Of a DNA stretch of 64,000 nucleotides, positions 12,770-27,000 are shown piece after piece. How positions within the stretch are numbered: the stretch's first letter is position 1; each line of letters opens with the position of its first letter. Under the pieces are notes generated by a model. The model was not told the origin of the DNA and searched no databases. It worked only from the letters and a program-made list of their open reading frames with translations. Made by a program: the position numbers and the translations under genes. The DNA is from Perkinsus chesapeaki ATCC PRA-425 (Eukaryota; Protista; Perkinsozoa), in contig JAAPAO010000029.1 in the NCBI GenBank assembly GCA_013115145.1, positions 58,995 to 122,994 of the forward strand, written 5' to 3'.

Positions 12770-15540
12770 CCTTGAAAAGGCTTACGCGCTGATGCCCGTA
12801 GAGAGTCCGTCGGATTCTGTCTTATATGGTTATATGGTTATTTCTAGGAGGGTGTCATCGCAGATACAAGTTCAGCGCAAGGCACACTCCTTGTATCCGG
12901 GCTGCATTTCGAGCTATTCCGCGAGCGGATTCATGTTCTTAGAACATTAGTAATAATTCAGTATTTTTATAATGGCCATTGAGGCTGGTGGCCTAGGGGA
13001 AGATGGGCCGCCATGTGAGCAGGTCACTAAAGGAGGAGGAGCAGCTTCACCGTCTACGAGTGCTGCGTCCTCTAGTACAGGGGAGGAGGATGTGGTAGTA
13101 ATATGGAGGGTGATGGATGGGCTGGGGGGAGGAATGTTCCTCTGGGGGAGGCCTAAATGTCACTAATACGAGCTGCTGTATATTTTTAAGAATGAAATGG
13201 TGAAATGGCGTCTTGTGGTGTATTTTCATCGAGTAATGATCTCGCTGCGACACTGTGGAGGATTTGTCTCGTTGCACTAGCGATGATTCCGGTCGGCTGA
13301 TGCCGACTTTCCAATTCGCGCGACAACTATACAGCACCTCACGCTACGTTTGAGCATTGTTGGAGTGCATGTATTTGGGCATCGCCTGCATATATTAGTG
13401 GTACTCTATCCCTAATAGGTTTTCTAACCCAAATCTCGAAGCATGAGAACATTTCAGGGGAATATTTCGATAGATCTTCGCAACTTTGAGCATCAAAGAA
13501 TTTCTTTCACCTACTGTGATGGCTGTAGGGATGATAAACATGCTCTAGCGTTACTGTTTATGACAGTACGCAAACTTTTGTAAGGGTACCAGGAACTCGT
13601 TGAATAGATAATAGACTTACTTTTGGTAGTGTAATCTTCAAGTAGGCATTGCAGAATACTACCGGCCTGACCAGGACACAAATACTGTCTATTCATGTTA
13701 CAGGGAGCGTCTGAAGCCCGTGGCATGTGTCTGTCGTCCAGCTCTTCTGATGAAGAGCTAGTGTTGGAGCAAGCATCGATGGTGAATCAAAAAAGTGGGA
13801 AGCGTAGGCGGAGGCGAAAAAGGTAGGGAGATCTGTCCCCTGAAATTTTGTCATCATAGGTTAGGTTTCGGTTCGGTCTTTGCGGATCTTGAAAAATCCC
13901 TATGGTATTATAGATATTATACAACTTGAATGTTAACAGAATTTGAATGAGGCTCTTGTTAGAATATTAAATCATGAATATTGTCCCCTTCTGAGGCGCA
14001 TAGAACGCGAACGTTAGTGTATGAGGGAAACGGAAAGAACCGATGGGATCGAGAATGGTGGTGTGCTATTCAGGAAACGAAAGAAGAAAAATTCCCAAGC
14101 AACTTCTCCACAGGAATTAGAACTGATAGCAGCAGCCGGGCAAACGCGGTCACCTAGCGGGGAGAGCGACGAAGTCATTAGTTTGGCGTCGGACTTCGGC
14201 CGTGATGGGGAGGGAGAGGTCATACATGATGCCAAAGGTGACGAGCTTGCCAATCGTACGCTATGGCGAGTGCGACGCTGGGCGACGGAAATGGTGTCGG
14301 AATCTGAGACCTCGTCGACGTCCTCTGACGTTGAGCTTCAATCTGATCTTGAGGAGGATGGTCAACGGACGCCTCGATGGACAGCAACGGCAGCTCACGG
14401 AACCATGTCGGAGTTTCTGTGGGGAATGGGGTGCGAAGAGAATACCGGGTGAGGCTCTGATGGGCCGTTGGGCTTCCGCGATATTCAGTATCTGAACTCT
14501 CACTCATATTTTGAACCTCGCACACATTACAGAACATATATACTTCTTAAAACGGATGTCTCGGATTTCCCATTGATGATGTTAGTGATTCATTTCCCTT
14601 TGGTAGAATATCTTGAAAAATTTGTGTGCTGCTTGGGTCTCCTTGTAGATCACTAAATGTGATGGTCGTGAATGGTGGCATTTTCCGAATATTTTCAATT
14701 TCGCATTCAGACTTCAATTTGGAAACAGGCAGTAGGACACAATTTAAAACCGACCGAGTAACTCGGCCCACGGCAAATTTGGTATCGCCTCAAAATCGAG
14801 TCTCGACGCTTCAGGTCATCTTCAAGTTCGAGCTGTAACGACAGCGATGGTCTGGGCACTGCGCCAACGTTCTCTGCAGAGAGAACGGTAGACTACATGC
14901 ATCGATTGTGCTGCGCTGAAGGGCAGCTGATGCGGTCCCTAGCGAACGGCCCTGGGGCCTCCTCACAGCATACGGACCCGCGAGAACGGCCCACGAATTG
15001 TCCGAGGTAGACAAGGCAGTGATTCTTGGGGATTTCGAACTGGCAGGTGTGGAGCGGACAAGTTGGCTGGCTCGAGGTGTTCGAGTTGTCAAGCATTCGC
15101 TCAGAGAGAAACGTCGAGATGGTGCGGATCAAGCTCGGGCCCGAGTCCCATGTAGGCATTTGAATCACTGAATAGGGATTAGTAGGATTAGTAAGTTATG
15201 AGTCTAGTCAAATGTGTAGAGGACTGTGGTAGAGATGCCCTTGTCGTTCATGCTACACTTCTTAATAGTGAGTAATCTAGGTATCTAGTAATATCTGCAC
15301 TCGGGTATGTAAGCACTTTCCCCCCATAATCGTTGATGGTTCGTCGTAACTGTTTGCCGTTTGTTCAGTTCGCATATTTGGTCGGCAGCGACCGACCTTT
15401 GGCAATATTCTGTCGACGCAGTCGGTGATGGCATTAAGCGTCTGGCACTGACCGATGAATCATCATCGACACGACGGCGGTCGAATCGGCGAGCTCGGAA
15501 TCGAAGGCGGCATGATGGAGGATAGCAGAGCACTATTCCT
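12770..15540 (+). CDS. Hypothetical multi-exon protein with acidic/Ser-rich low-complexity region
   Basis: ORF 14021-14452 ends at a gtgagg donor. Further exon-like frames (SSSSDEELVLEQ..KRRRRRKR; ERPWGLLTAYGPARTAHELSEVDKAVILGDFE) have GT-AG flanks. No family recognised. Confidence 0.4.
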
Positions 15541-17392
15541 TTTATTCGGTCTCATTACATGGGATTTACGGATCCTCGTCGATGGTAGCGAGTAGCTGCC
15601 AAACATGTGTGATTTGCGTGTGTAATAACAAATAGTTATATTTTCTCTCTCTTTTCTGCATTGCGTTCACACTCAGTCATCCATATTTGGCAGCTCGTTG
15701 CATATTGGGCTCTGCTTTCTGACTATGACTTCAAAAGTCACTAATCAAGTATATAAAATACCATTGATCTTGATTATAGCAGTTGTCTGCCAACTGAGTT
15801 CGCCGTGTGCCTGGCATCCGATCAGTGAGCTATGGTGACTATGGGCGTGGTTATATTCTAATATGAGATATTGTGACCGTCATAAGGTTTCTTCCGTCTG
15901 TCTAGGGGACAAACCATATCTGGCAGTAGCCGCAGTGGTTGAACCCACAGTTATTAATGTTTACAGGATGTACTTCTTGATTAGTGACGTGGTATGGCTG
16001 GCAGCGCAAGCCTGCCACCGTGAAAATCCGTTATGGAGCATAGCTTATGCTTCGTGGCTCCGATCGGGCTTAGATGCGGCCGTGTTGCACAAAAGCGGCC
16101 GGTCGCTTTTCCGTAGGGCCTGCCCGTATCCTGTCGACTAATAGACTATTATTACTAGCATCGTGTTATAGAGGAAAGACCGACCATAATTTGTCCACGG
16201 TTATTTTTGTTCTAGTAAGGGGATCGTGACATCGGATGTGGACGTACCCATGCCCTTTAGAGGACTTCGACGTCGGAAGTCTGGAGCCATATCAAAGGTC
16301 CCATACCTTTGATATGTGGATGCCAAGTTCCTGTTCCGACGTCCTCTCGCACCTGAAGTAATTCGCTCACTATGAGACTTGCTCACACGGGACTGATGAT
16401 ACACTCTCCATAGGCTGCTTCGCGCACATGAACGCCTTCTTGGCCAAAGACCTGTTCGCAGGATCCGATAGCAAAAACGGCGTTATCATTAAACGGGGCC
16501 AGTTTCATGAGTTGGTTGTTCTGTGCAGCCAAGTGAGAAAGTTCATCAACTTCTCGTACGTCCGACGCAACTACACGGGGAACAGCTATCGCTGAGATAT
16601 TCGACATCCGCTGGTCAACCGCCTACGAAGATACTTTGCTGGAGATTTTAGACTTGTGTGAGAAGATAAAGGTGGATATTCGTTAATGAATTGCATTGGC
16701 CACCGAATTTCGGTTGCTTGGGCTCATTGTTTTGAACAATTAGGAGACACTTCCGTTGAAGTGCTGCGCTGTTTCCTCCACCGCTATCAACAACCCGTCC
16801 AGTTTCCAAGTGCTGTGCCAGCGTCGAGTTATCATGACCAGACCGAGCAGCTCAGTGTTTCACAGCGCGCATAGCACGCCGTATGTCGTAGTGCTCGCTC
16901 AATGCATGTGGCATATGACGATGCAGCATCTCAGAAAATTGTTTCGCAATACACTTGCAACTTCCCGGGGGAGGATCCCCATTTAAATGCTGTTAAGAAA
17001 TTCTCAGTGGGTCACTGTGGCCATACGGCTAAGGCGTTATCACTAGACACTCGGACGTACCACCTTGGTACTTATATCACATTATTATATCGTCTTCGCT
17101 GCCAGTGTTACTATGATCACCAGCTTCTGGCTGATGGCACATGAGAATTACGGTATATGACGCTCTTGTGTTCTAGGTTGTGTCACTCGAAGCGAATGCT
17201 CCAGCTATCCGTGAGGTCAAGCCTGTCCTATGTAGGCATCTGCGATATTACCATGTTTGCCATTTCTTGTCGACGACATCCTTTAAAGATGCTTTTTCTT
17301 CTGGCCTTTCCCTGCTTGCGTTGCGTTGCATCACCCACAAGTAGAATTCTTATCCATAGTATATCTTCAACGAGCTTTCGTCCCACTATACG

Positions 17393-20300
17393 ATGACCAT
17401 CGACGGCACTACTATAAAGCGGAATCCAATGAACGTGGCCTTCATGGGTCATCACCGAGCAGGCAAATCTACAGCTGCTGGCCATCTACTGTAGGTAGTT
17501 TTCTCTCTTCACTTTCGCCATACATAATCATCAGGACTCTATGTGGCGCTAAGAAGGCCGAAAAAGTTCGACAATGTCGGGATAAAGCTGAGAGAGCGAG
17601 CGTGGTGAGCACTGCTGGGAAGTCAGGCCAAATACGACGGGATGAACTTCATGCTAGAGAATCTGAATTAGAGTTCGCATTCCGAAATAGCCGAACTCGT
17701 ATTAGAACGCAAGATCATCATGGGTTACCAGCCGCAATATGCATGTGCAGTGAGCACCTAGTCGCGGACTTCTGTGCGTCTCGGTAGGAATACAGGGAAA
17801 AATCTTCGTCGCGAAATTTCCAGTGCCCCATTAGCTCCGACTTAAGCATTAGTGATTTCATACCAGCGGGCACTTTCTATCATCTTCAGCCTGATCTCCG
17901 ATATGCCTGGCTATTGGACAAACTGAAGGTCGAGCAGGAAAAGCGTATGACAGTCAATACCAATCTGGATTACTTCCAAACGAGAAAGTAGACGCATATA
18001 ACACCTGACATTAAACTAATCTTTCACAGGTACCGTTACACACTACTGGACTGTCCAGGCCACAAGGACTATCTACGCAACACTATAGTGGGAGCGTCGC
18101 AGGTGAGTAGCTTCAATCTCGACATACCGTTTCTCCGCTCGGTACTTTTGTCGGTCAAGTGCCGTGACCGACTTCAGCGACGGCTTTATAACCTCATAGG
18201 GATGTCGAATTAGCTGCGTATATTTCCGGTTACTGTCATTGTAGATTGGTATCGAGCGGACATTATTTCACATAATTTCAACTGACTTTTTTATGGCTAA
18301 CTTTTATGTGGCTTTTCTATGGCTTTTTTCTGTTGGCTAACTTTTCACAATACAAGCTTTTTCCGACTAGTAACTATTCAGGCTGACGTCTGCGTGCTTG
18401 TGGTATCAGCAGTACCAGATGAGTTCGATGAGGGTATGTCTCAGCTCGGTGAGACCAGAGAGCACGCTCTTGTGGCTTATGTATCCGGTAGGCTCACTAA
18501 GGCATTATTTCTGCTGATGGTGGCTGTAGGTGTGAGGCGAATGATAGTTGCCGTCAATAAAATGGATCGGCCTGAAGTTGCCTATTCCAAGGAACAGTTC
18601 CACCAAGTATCCACCCAGATTCAACGATACCTGCGTAAGAGCTTGCGAAGTTGTGTCTTCGTTTTACTATCCGCAATGGTAACCTTCCGAGTGATAGGGG
18701 TAATGCTTTGTTGAACGACGCTCGGTTTATAGTACTGTAGTATAATGAAAGGATTAATTTCACACTGTAAGTATGTTGTACTTGCGATTGTATAGGTGTT
18801 TTCTGGACTGTGTTTTGTAGTGAGTGCTTGATGGGTACTTGCTCTGACCTTTAGTGCTGTCAATTGGACCTGGTAAATTGTCAAAATTTTACACATAGCG
18901 CTAAAAGCTTGGGCAATTAAATGACGGTAATTTATTATTAATAAAACGGGTAAAGTTTGAAGAATATGGGCAAATTAGTAGAAATCCGGGTAAATAATCA
19001 ACTTCACCTGGAGATGCTGTGGAGTAGAGTAATTATATACATACATTTCTAGGTCTACAATGCACTTATTTACTTTACTCTTCACATACATATGAAGCTC
19101 GTGCATATTGATTAACAACAGCTAGGGTTGTTGTCCACCTGCCTCTTTGCCAGGTAATCTCGGTTTCGATGACAACCGTGTAGAGATGCTTCCCATATCG
19201 GCTCTGACAGGCTACAATATCTACAATCGAGGACCTTCTGATCCCTCCGGAGAATCACCGATGGCTTGGTGAGACGAGCAATAAACTTCCATTAAGAGTT
19301 CGTCTAGAGATTTGATTACTGCTTTACCTTGAATCTGGTAACAACACTATCCTTGCTGACGATAAAGAGCAGCCTAATGTACAACTCCCCCCAAACTGTT
19401 GTCGTTAATGGGGAAACCAGTCTTGGCAGCACCTTTGAGTTTCGCCGGCGCCAGTGGAAGACATAGTTCACGTTTCACATCGCAAGATACGCGCTCAGGT
19501 GGCGAGGAATGTGGGAAACAGCCGTAGTGTTTTTGACCGATACAAAATCGCGCTTTACACCTGACATTGTCGAGTCTGATAGGTGTTTGCATACGTGCCG
19601 GCTTTTACAATAGCCAACACAGCGCTTCTGCAGGTACAAAGGTCCTTCCTTATGGGAGCATCTGGATTTGGTATCATCACCTCATCGGAAGGAAGCAGAA
19701 GGGCCTTTCAGAATGCCTATCGCAGACATCCATCGGCTCAGCTCAGGCAGCAGCTCTGATACGTCCTTAACGGATCCAGTACAATGCTCACAGAAGACGG
19801 CTGTCATTTTAGCGGGAGAAATCACCAGTGGTAAGCACAGCGACATTTTATCGTGAATCACAGTCACGGCTCATTGGCCATCACCAGGCTTCCGATGTAT
19901 TTCGCATTCATTATAGAACTTCTTTTTAATAACTGTATGTAACTGTATGATAGAGTAGGCATTATTATGTGGTATCATTTCATGGTATATTATTATACTA
20001 TTATATAACTCTGTTGCTTTATCACTTCCTACTGCAATTGATAACTTCTATTAAGGATAAAGGGATATCAGTCCCACAAACTTGATCAATACCTTACAAT
20101 ACAAATAGTGAAAAGTATTCTTTTTTGTGAGGTTTCTATAAGCCTACTCGATGTATCTGGATAAGACTTGTTGATTGCTTACGTCATTTCGCTCCCGTAT
20201 AGGTACAGTGGAAGTCGGTGATCAAGTACGAGTCGTTCCTGGAGGGATTGAAGCTACAGTTGCCAGCATACAAGTGGGTAACTCTTTATTAGAGACTGCG

Positions 20301-21732
20301 CTGCTCCTCGACAAGTGCAAAACCTCCTTACTAAACCGTGAAGCGTAATGCTTCGACGCAATTTTGCCTCTTGTGACTTGAAGCCTGCGAGCTTTATAGA
20401 CTCTTGGATGGAGAAGTGAATGTTGTGAAGTCGAGTGAAGTTACCGAATATCCTATGGCTCGCTGTCATTGGTTAATATTTCTACGCGGGGAGGCATAGA
20501 GACTCTCTATTAGAGATATCGAATGCAACCTGAAGGAAGGCATTTGATTTGGCTACTTGCTCTACCTTCGAGCCTCTAGGAACACTTTGAATTCTCATTA
20601 TACCTGAGCACCAGGAATATTTTCCTCCTCTAGAGAAAACGATTTCCGCGGTTTTTCAGACTGGCAATGGCGTTTCCGAACGACGAGCAAGCGCTGGTGA
20701 CAATATCGGAATTAAAATTGAGGGCGTTACGTCTAAAGAAGTTCGACGGGGTCAAGTTTTATCGTGCATCGGTGATGCAGCAGTCGGCGAATACAAGCGG
20801 GTCGACGCCCAAGTTGTCCTTGTCAACTTCCCTGGGGAGTTGAGACCTGGCTACTCGTAAGCATGCTTTGGTGTCACCAGCCTCGATCGCAGCCTTTCTA
20901 TTCTACAAAGAGAGTTTTTCTACACATAAGTTGGAAGAATAAGAATCGGGCGAATAGGGTAAACCGAGTGAGAGGCGAACGCCTGCTTAGTCGAAACGCT
21001 CCTCAACTTGGTTTCCGTGGCACTAGACGGTCTAGATAGCCTAGTATAAAGATATGCTATCTACTTTAGGCAACTTCGACAATACCGGATGCATCTCCAG
21101 TCTGTGTTAGCTTCAGATGAGCTTATTTATCGACTGCTTTGTATTCTTTACCACAAGCTGTAACCTATATATGTTAGATGTAGAAGTAGCGTGGTAGTGG
21201 AATTACCGATGTTAGTTTAGTAAATTATATTCACTATCCCCCCATGGCCTTGCCTTCTGTTGTCAGGCCGGTGATCGACATTGGTACGGCTAGCAGTACG
21301 GTACAATTCAAGTCACTGAAGAAGCGTCTCCATCGGACTACTGGAGTTACCCTTGAAGAGGAGCCAGATGTGCTTGTGCAGGTAAGGCATCACTCTCACG
21401 GTTTCGCTTTTCTGTTCTCTAAACTTCTAGTATATTTTTTGGCGAATTATCATAATATTGATTGTTCGAGCGAATAGCAGTATTGAGTGCTATATAGTAT
21501 ACTATTATTACACTAATTAATATGTCTTGAGATATCATCATCTTAGCCTTCAGCTTCCCGATTGTAAGGTCATTTCCTTCAGGGTGACGGAGCCATCGTC
21601 GAGTTGGCCATGTCGAAGGCAATGGCCTGTTGCACCTTCCAGCCCAGTCGAAGCGTTCTCGGTCGATTCACAATACGAGACCGCAAAACAGTTATTGCGG
21701 TTGGCACAATCCTTCAGACGTATTTAAAATGA
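17393..21732 (+). CDS. Highly divergent elongation factor 1-alpha paralogue (translational GTPase, domains I-III)
   Basis: Exons: MNVAFMGHHRAGKSTAAGHL (G1), YAWLLDKLKVEQEKRMTV (G2), LLDCPGHKDYLRNTIVGASQAD (G3), VAVNKMD (G4), PISALTG (G5), PFRMPIADI, AGDNIGIKIEGV..EVRRGQV, AQVVLVNFPGELRPGYSPVIDIGTA and LGRFTIRDRKTVIAVGTI. AWLLDKLK and PGY(S)PVID are EF-1alpha-like rather than eRF3, Hbs1 or EFL. Confidence 0.9.
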
Positions 21733-21885
21733 AAGTTTCAATATTTCTTGGTTGCGTTACCTGGCAACCCGTTCCCATCCCGATGCCACTTCATGCTTGT
21801 CACAATTTTTCGAGAACTCCCGTGGTCACCGCCCTCGAGAAACTGCGAGGCATTTTTCTATCCTATTAGCTGGGCTTCATTGTCG

Positions 21886-24014
21886 ATGTCCTCTTCTTCC
21901 GGCTACGTCCGAGGCCGCTCTCGGGCCTTCGGCCAGCTCATGGGCGCTCGGCACTACTGCAAGATTTGCAACTGCTGGTAACTGGCGGATTCGGTTGCTA
22001 ACCTATTGCACGGTTTATCCTTCAGGTGCGCGTTACATCCTAATGCCATCAAAACACACGAGAGAAGCGAGAGGCATCTTGCGAATGTCGAGCGGGAGAT
22101 TAGAAGGCAAAGGCAGTCTGAAGTCGAGACGAAGCGGGACCAAGCCGAAGTGTCAAAGCAAATAGCGCGAATGAATGCAGCGGCGGCGTCATCGATGGAG
22201 AGGGATGCTGGGTGAGATCGCTGCCTGCTACTCTATGCGTCGTGGAACAACTATTAGGCGAAAGTTCGTGAGTTGGATTTCTCTTTTTATCTTCGTATCT
22301 TCCCATTTGCATGGCGTGTTAAATGTTGTAGCTCATTTCGGATCCGCGCTCCCCTTCGATCTTTACACCGTTATTCAGGTTATTCGATCCTCGTCGTCGA
22401 GTTACTGAACTTGCCGAGCCAGATATACAGAGACTGGCAGCTCTAAATCCCACCGTTGGCGCCATCAGCAGTGTGACTGTCCCTCTGCCCGAGGAGCAGG
22501 ATCAAGTCGAGGAGCCCGCTAAGCCTTCCTGCCCTCCGCCGCTCCTGCCACCACTCCCCTTGGCTTTACAGAGGCTCCCCCCACTCGGGGCAGTGCCCAT
22601 GCCACCACCCGCTAAACCGGCAACACCTGCGCCTCAACCCACTCCTCCCCAGCCCCCGAAGCCTGCCATGTTTATTCCAGCGATGCCTCGTCCCACTATT
22701 CAGCTCAATGTGCCGCCGAAACCGGCCAGTAAAGCTGCAAAGGTGGAGGAGGAGCCCGAGGTGCCGAAGGAACCGGTGAGGATGGGGAGCGACTCGCACT
22801 ATCTTTACTCCTCCGCCATTTCAAGGTCGTACTTCTTGTTTATCTTCACTACTCTTTACTTCCTACATCTTGTGGTCTTTTATGTAGTTGAACGATAGTT
22901 AATAAGCATTCCTTTGAAAAGACTGTTTGACTGTTTGGTGTATTTGATTTTATGTTTCTTGCATACCATTTCGGCTATCAAATTTGATACATGATTCAGT
23001 AATATGGTAGAGTCAATTAATCTTATTAAACTATGTATCGTGCCAAACGTTGGAAGTTAATTATTTCAACCCATTCTTATTAACCGCTTAACTTCACACC
23101 TGCCAGACTGGCTCATTAGCAGCTCTCATTGCCCTTCAGGAATACATCCAAAAAGATGACGTCAAGCCATCATCGGAACTGATGAGTCTCTGGGATGAAA
23201 CCAAAGTTGCCGCCGCCAGGGCCAACACTAGTCAACAACCAAAGATCGATGCAAACACAGGGTTAGGGATGTGGCAGGCTGTTGGTAGGAGCCGAGCATC
23301 GCAAGCTCAAGAGGTTAAGGATCCCATTCGTATGGCAGCTGGCTCCGAGTCAATTATTTCAACTGAAAATCTCCGACATTCGATCTTGAGCCTTCTCCAG
23401 CCTTGTGACATTAGCTCAGTTCCTGGTCCGCCTCGTTCGCCTTGCTTATTCCTTTTCATCTTTATTGATGATGGATTCGTATTTTCTTCCTTTTTGCTCT
23501 TTACTCGCTTATTTCGTTCCATTCGCATGAGCAAATTCGGCCACATTGTGTCCGTTTCAGATGCCGGTCAGAGTGCATTCGGCGACTCTGTTGACCCTAG
23601 GAAAAAGAAGTCCCACACTTGGACTGATGAACCCGTGCCCGATGGTGAGCATTCCGGTTTGCTGCCTAACAATTCCACCTTCAGAGAGTGCCTTCCCCGG
23701 TGAGGGCAGCACTTCACTGAACAAGGAAGACACCGACGGCCATGGTCAGTACAACGAAGATGAGCTGTTCCTTGGAGACTTGGCGAAATCCTCGAGATTC
23801 TTGGCAGAGTCGGAAGAGTGCGGAGAGGAAAGGTAGGGCAACTTCGCGCCTATCGTCTAGACTATTTCGCCTCAGACGTGAAGTGTTAGCTGTAGATGTG
23901 AGCTCGACTGTCGGCAATAAGCATGCTACTAGTGTAAGCACGACATTTGGGGCATCAAGACACCAGAAAGACCGTGGTAACAAGCGCAGACGACGGAGAA
24001 CTGACGATGATTAA
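21886..24014 (+). CDS. WBP4/FBP21-like spliceosomal protein with U1-type (matrin) zinc finger and Pro-rich region
   Basis: RHYCKICNCW..IKTHERSERHLANV (C2H2 U1-type finger) is followed by a coiled coil (EREIRRQRQ..EVSKQIARMNAAA), the Pro-rich ORF 22473-22898 and a DANTGLGMWQAV motif. It ends in basic KRRRRRTDDD*. Confidence 0.7.
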
Positions 24015-24049
24015 TCTCACTGTTACTGATTGTTGCGTCGTTACAAGTT

Positions 24050-27000
24050 TGGTCATGGGTCAACCAGCCCGACAGGCGGAGATCGGCTGCTCGCTTCTTG
24101 CGCGACTGAACGGTGGTGGGTATGATACCCTACCGGAACCCCTGTTGGACCACCAATGATCCAGTCAAAGGGTGCGCTCAGATGCTACGGGATGAAAACC
24201 AGTTATGGCCCTCGTCTTCAATGGTATCCAGAAAATACACTTTTAGCCCTCTTAGTATTAAAGGCTCTTCGATTAAAACGATGGACTCCCCTGTAGTTAG
24301 TAGCGCCTTCAGCATATTTGTTGCTGAATTCTCTAATGACGAGTTCAATTTATTCCAAAACGACAGACAAATTGCCAAGGCGCTCATCGGCAGTCCGTAG
24401 TCATCTCCTCGTCGTGTATATAACAACTTTCGAACGCTCCCTAGTAACTGACTTCCAAATAGTTCGATGCTGTGGATTGACTGCTTACTGATTAACACAA
24501 GCCAAATGCCAATGAGAATACGTCATCGAAAAGTCGAAACACCCGTCATTGTCAGGAAGTTACTCGGAGTGAATCGCAATATATGTGGACTGAAGTTAAC
24601 CCGTTTATGCCCCGCCGATGTGGAGGAGGCATCAAATCCGAGCTCCAACGGTGAAGGTGGCGGTAACGTCAACGCACAGGGCTTGTCAAGATGGACCCGA
24701 TCCCACAACGATAACCTGCAACAAACACACCGCCTCAACTGATGCTCGCAGAAGCCTTGATTAATCGAGCTGGATCTTAGCATTCAATTTTAGCAAAATA
24801 AGCAAGGACCAATAATACCAATTTTACCAATAATTTTCAACCTTCTGGAGAAGCAAAGTGACTGCGGAGTTGATGGTGAAACGGATACTTTCAAGTTCAA
24901 AAGCAGTATAATGATCAGTCTTGAAATCTAATGTTCATAATTTAAACATTAGTCCTTCCGGTCTTACTTGCCGGTATTATCCGCCGAAATGAGTTGCTCA
25001 AACCCATATTGAGGCGGTATTGGCATACCGTCGATACCATGGGATACCCCAGCGACTGGCCAGGACCACGTCAGACATGTTCTGAAAGACAAACGAGTAT
25101 TCTAATCATTCTACTTCGCTTTGCAGTGTACATAGGTGCGCCCGTTGGATGGTGGCAAAGTCGCTGCCCTGTCTTTCTCAGATCCCAGCACACCAATCGG
25201 CCTGAAGGTAATTCACAGTTAACGCACCTTGAGAGATTCACCAACCTGCTGAGGTGCCGGCTGCTAGTTGCTCTCCATTATGTGAGAACTCCATTGACAG
25301 TACCAATCCTGCTCCGGGGGGCAAAAATAATTTACGAACACCTGATAGGGCAGCAGGATTCCAACCGGCAGCGATTCTCGAGAATCCGAGTCGAAGAGTA
25401 GGGCGATCCCATACGGAGAAATTATAGCTTATCTGCTCGAAGCTTTACGCACAAGCTTTATTAATACCAAACCCCAATGGCCTACAGTCTGACACAGCAA
25501 CATCCCAAAGCTGAATGACGTCACCCTGAGCCACCGCCACCATCTGACCGCTTGGATGCCAACAACTCTGATTGAACCTGGACGCGTTTATTCAGCAAAA
25601 AGCTCGAAAGATACCGCACCCGCAAGAGAGCCGTTTGCCGTGAGTTTCCTCTACCAGCACCCGGAGACACACCGGTACGTCGGTGCGCCAAAGCCGGCAG
25701 TCAACTCCAGAGAGATTCGCCGATGGTGCCGTCGTGCACATGTAGTATCTGAAAATGAAGAATTCAACTTCCGAATGAAACCAACCTTCATACGATAATG
25801 GGTTCCAGTTGAGAGTCCATATAGGATTGGTTGAGCCATACCCGCTGTATGCTACTATTTTACACATCTTCTCAATACCTGACACCAGCCTGTCATTGAA
25901 GCTTATCGATCGAAAACACCGCAGAGCTGCAGAAGCTAAGCATTGTGGGGTGCGTTATATCGGTCAATCTATCTGGCGAGCAAATGAATATCAGTCTGAG
26001 ATGGAAATAAGACTCAGCACAAAATAAATGATATGGGACCACCCCAACCTTCCACACCATAGCAGAGTGAAGACAGCGAGGGCCTTATCTCACGCACGAG
26101 AATAAATAATGGTGAACCGACCCACCCAAATGTAGAAGCACTTACTCCATAAAGAGAGTTGACCTCGCTTGGTCCCAACAGCTAGCAGAGGGCAATCTGG
26201 GGCCAAACCGATTGAACTGACACCGCCCCCAACAGGTACTGCCTGAAATACACAACTGCTGTGAATCACAGCTTGTGATGTTGGTGATGCAGCAGTTGCA
26301 CATTTTCCTCCAGAGATGTTCAACAATTCCGCATATCGGTTATTTTATGGAAACAGACGAATTTCAAAGTAGATCAGAATACGATAAGAAACGGCAGTGA
26401 TGCACAAAGCACGTGTATGGACTTCCAGACGGAAATGAGGCGGATTCCGGCCGGAGAGTAACGTTAGAAAAACCAAGTCACGGCAGTAGTTTTTCTAGTA
26501 CAGTTAGACAACTGAGGTGGTTGTACGTGCGGCGGCGTGCTTAGTATTATTTATATGCAATTTCCTATCATACAGATAGCAATGACAACAATATCAACCA
26601 TTATGAATTATACACTTATATTCTATTAATTATGATTTATTGGTTTGGTGGTAATTTTCTCAAAATCGCTGTTTGCTCGGAGCTTCACAACCCCGACCAT
26701 TAATGCCTACAATCTTGCTTGTGTGTCCCCCCGGCGCTGCTGCTTCGTTATCATAATACCTGAAAACCCTATTGCTTACACAGGACGAACTAGACGACAC
26801 TTACAGATGCTTGTAGACGCTGGAGACAAAGAGTAGGTCCTGCGACACGAGGGCCTGAGCCGCAGCTTCCGAGGGCGGAGGCTGACCCACGGTTGATGGA
26901 AGCTCCGATCGGGAATCTGTAGGGGAACAAGATACGCTAGTGGACCCGAAACGAATCGGAAAAGTGCGAATAGAATTATCAAGATATCCACCAATTGTAG

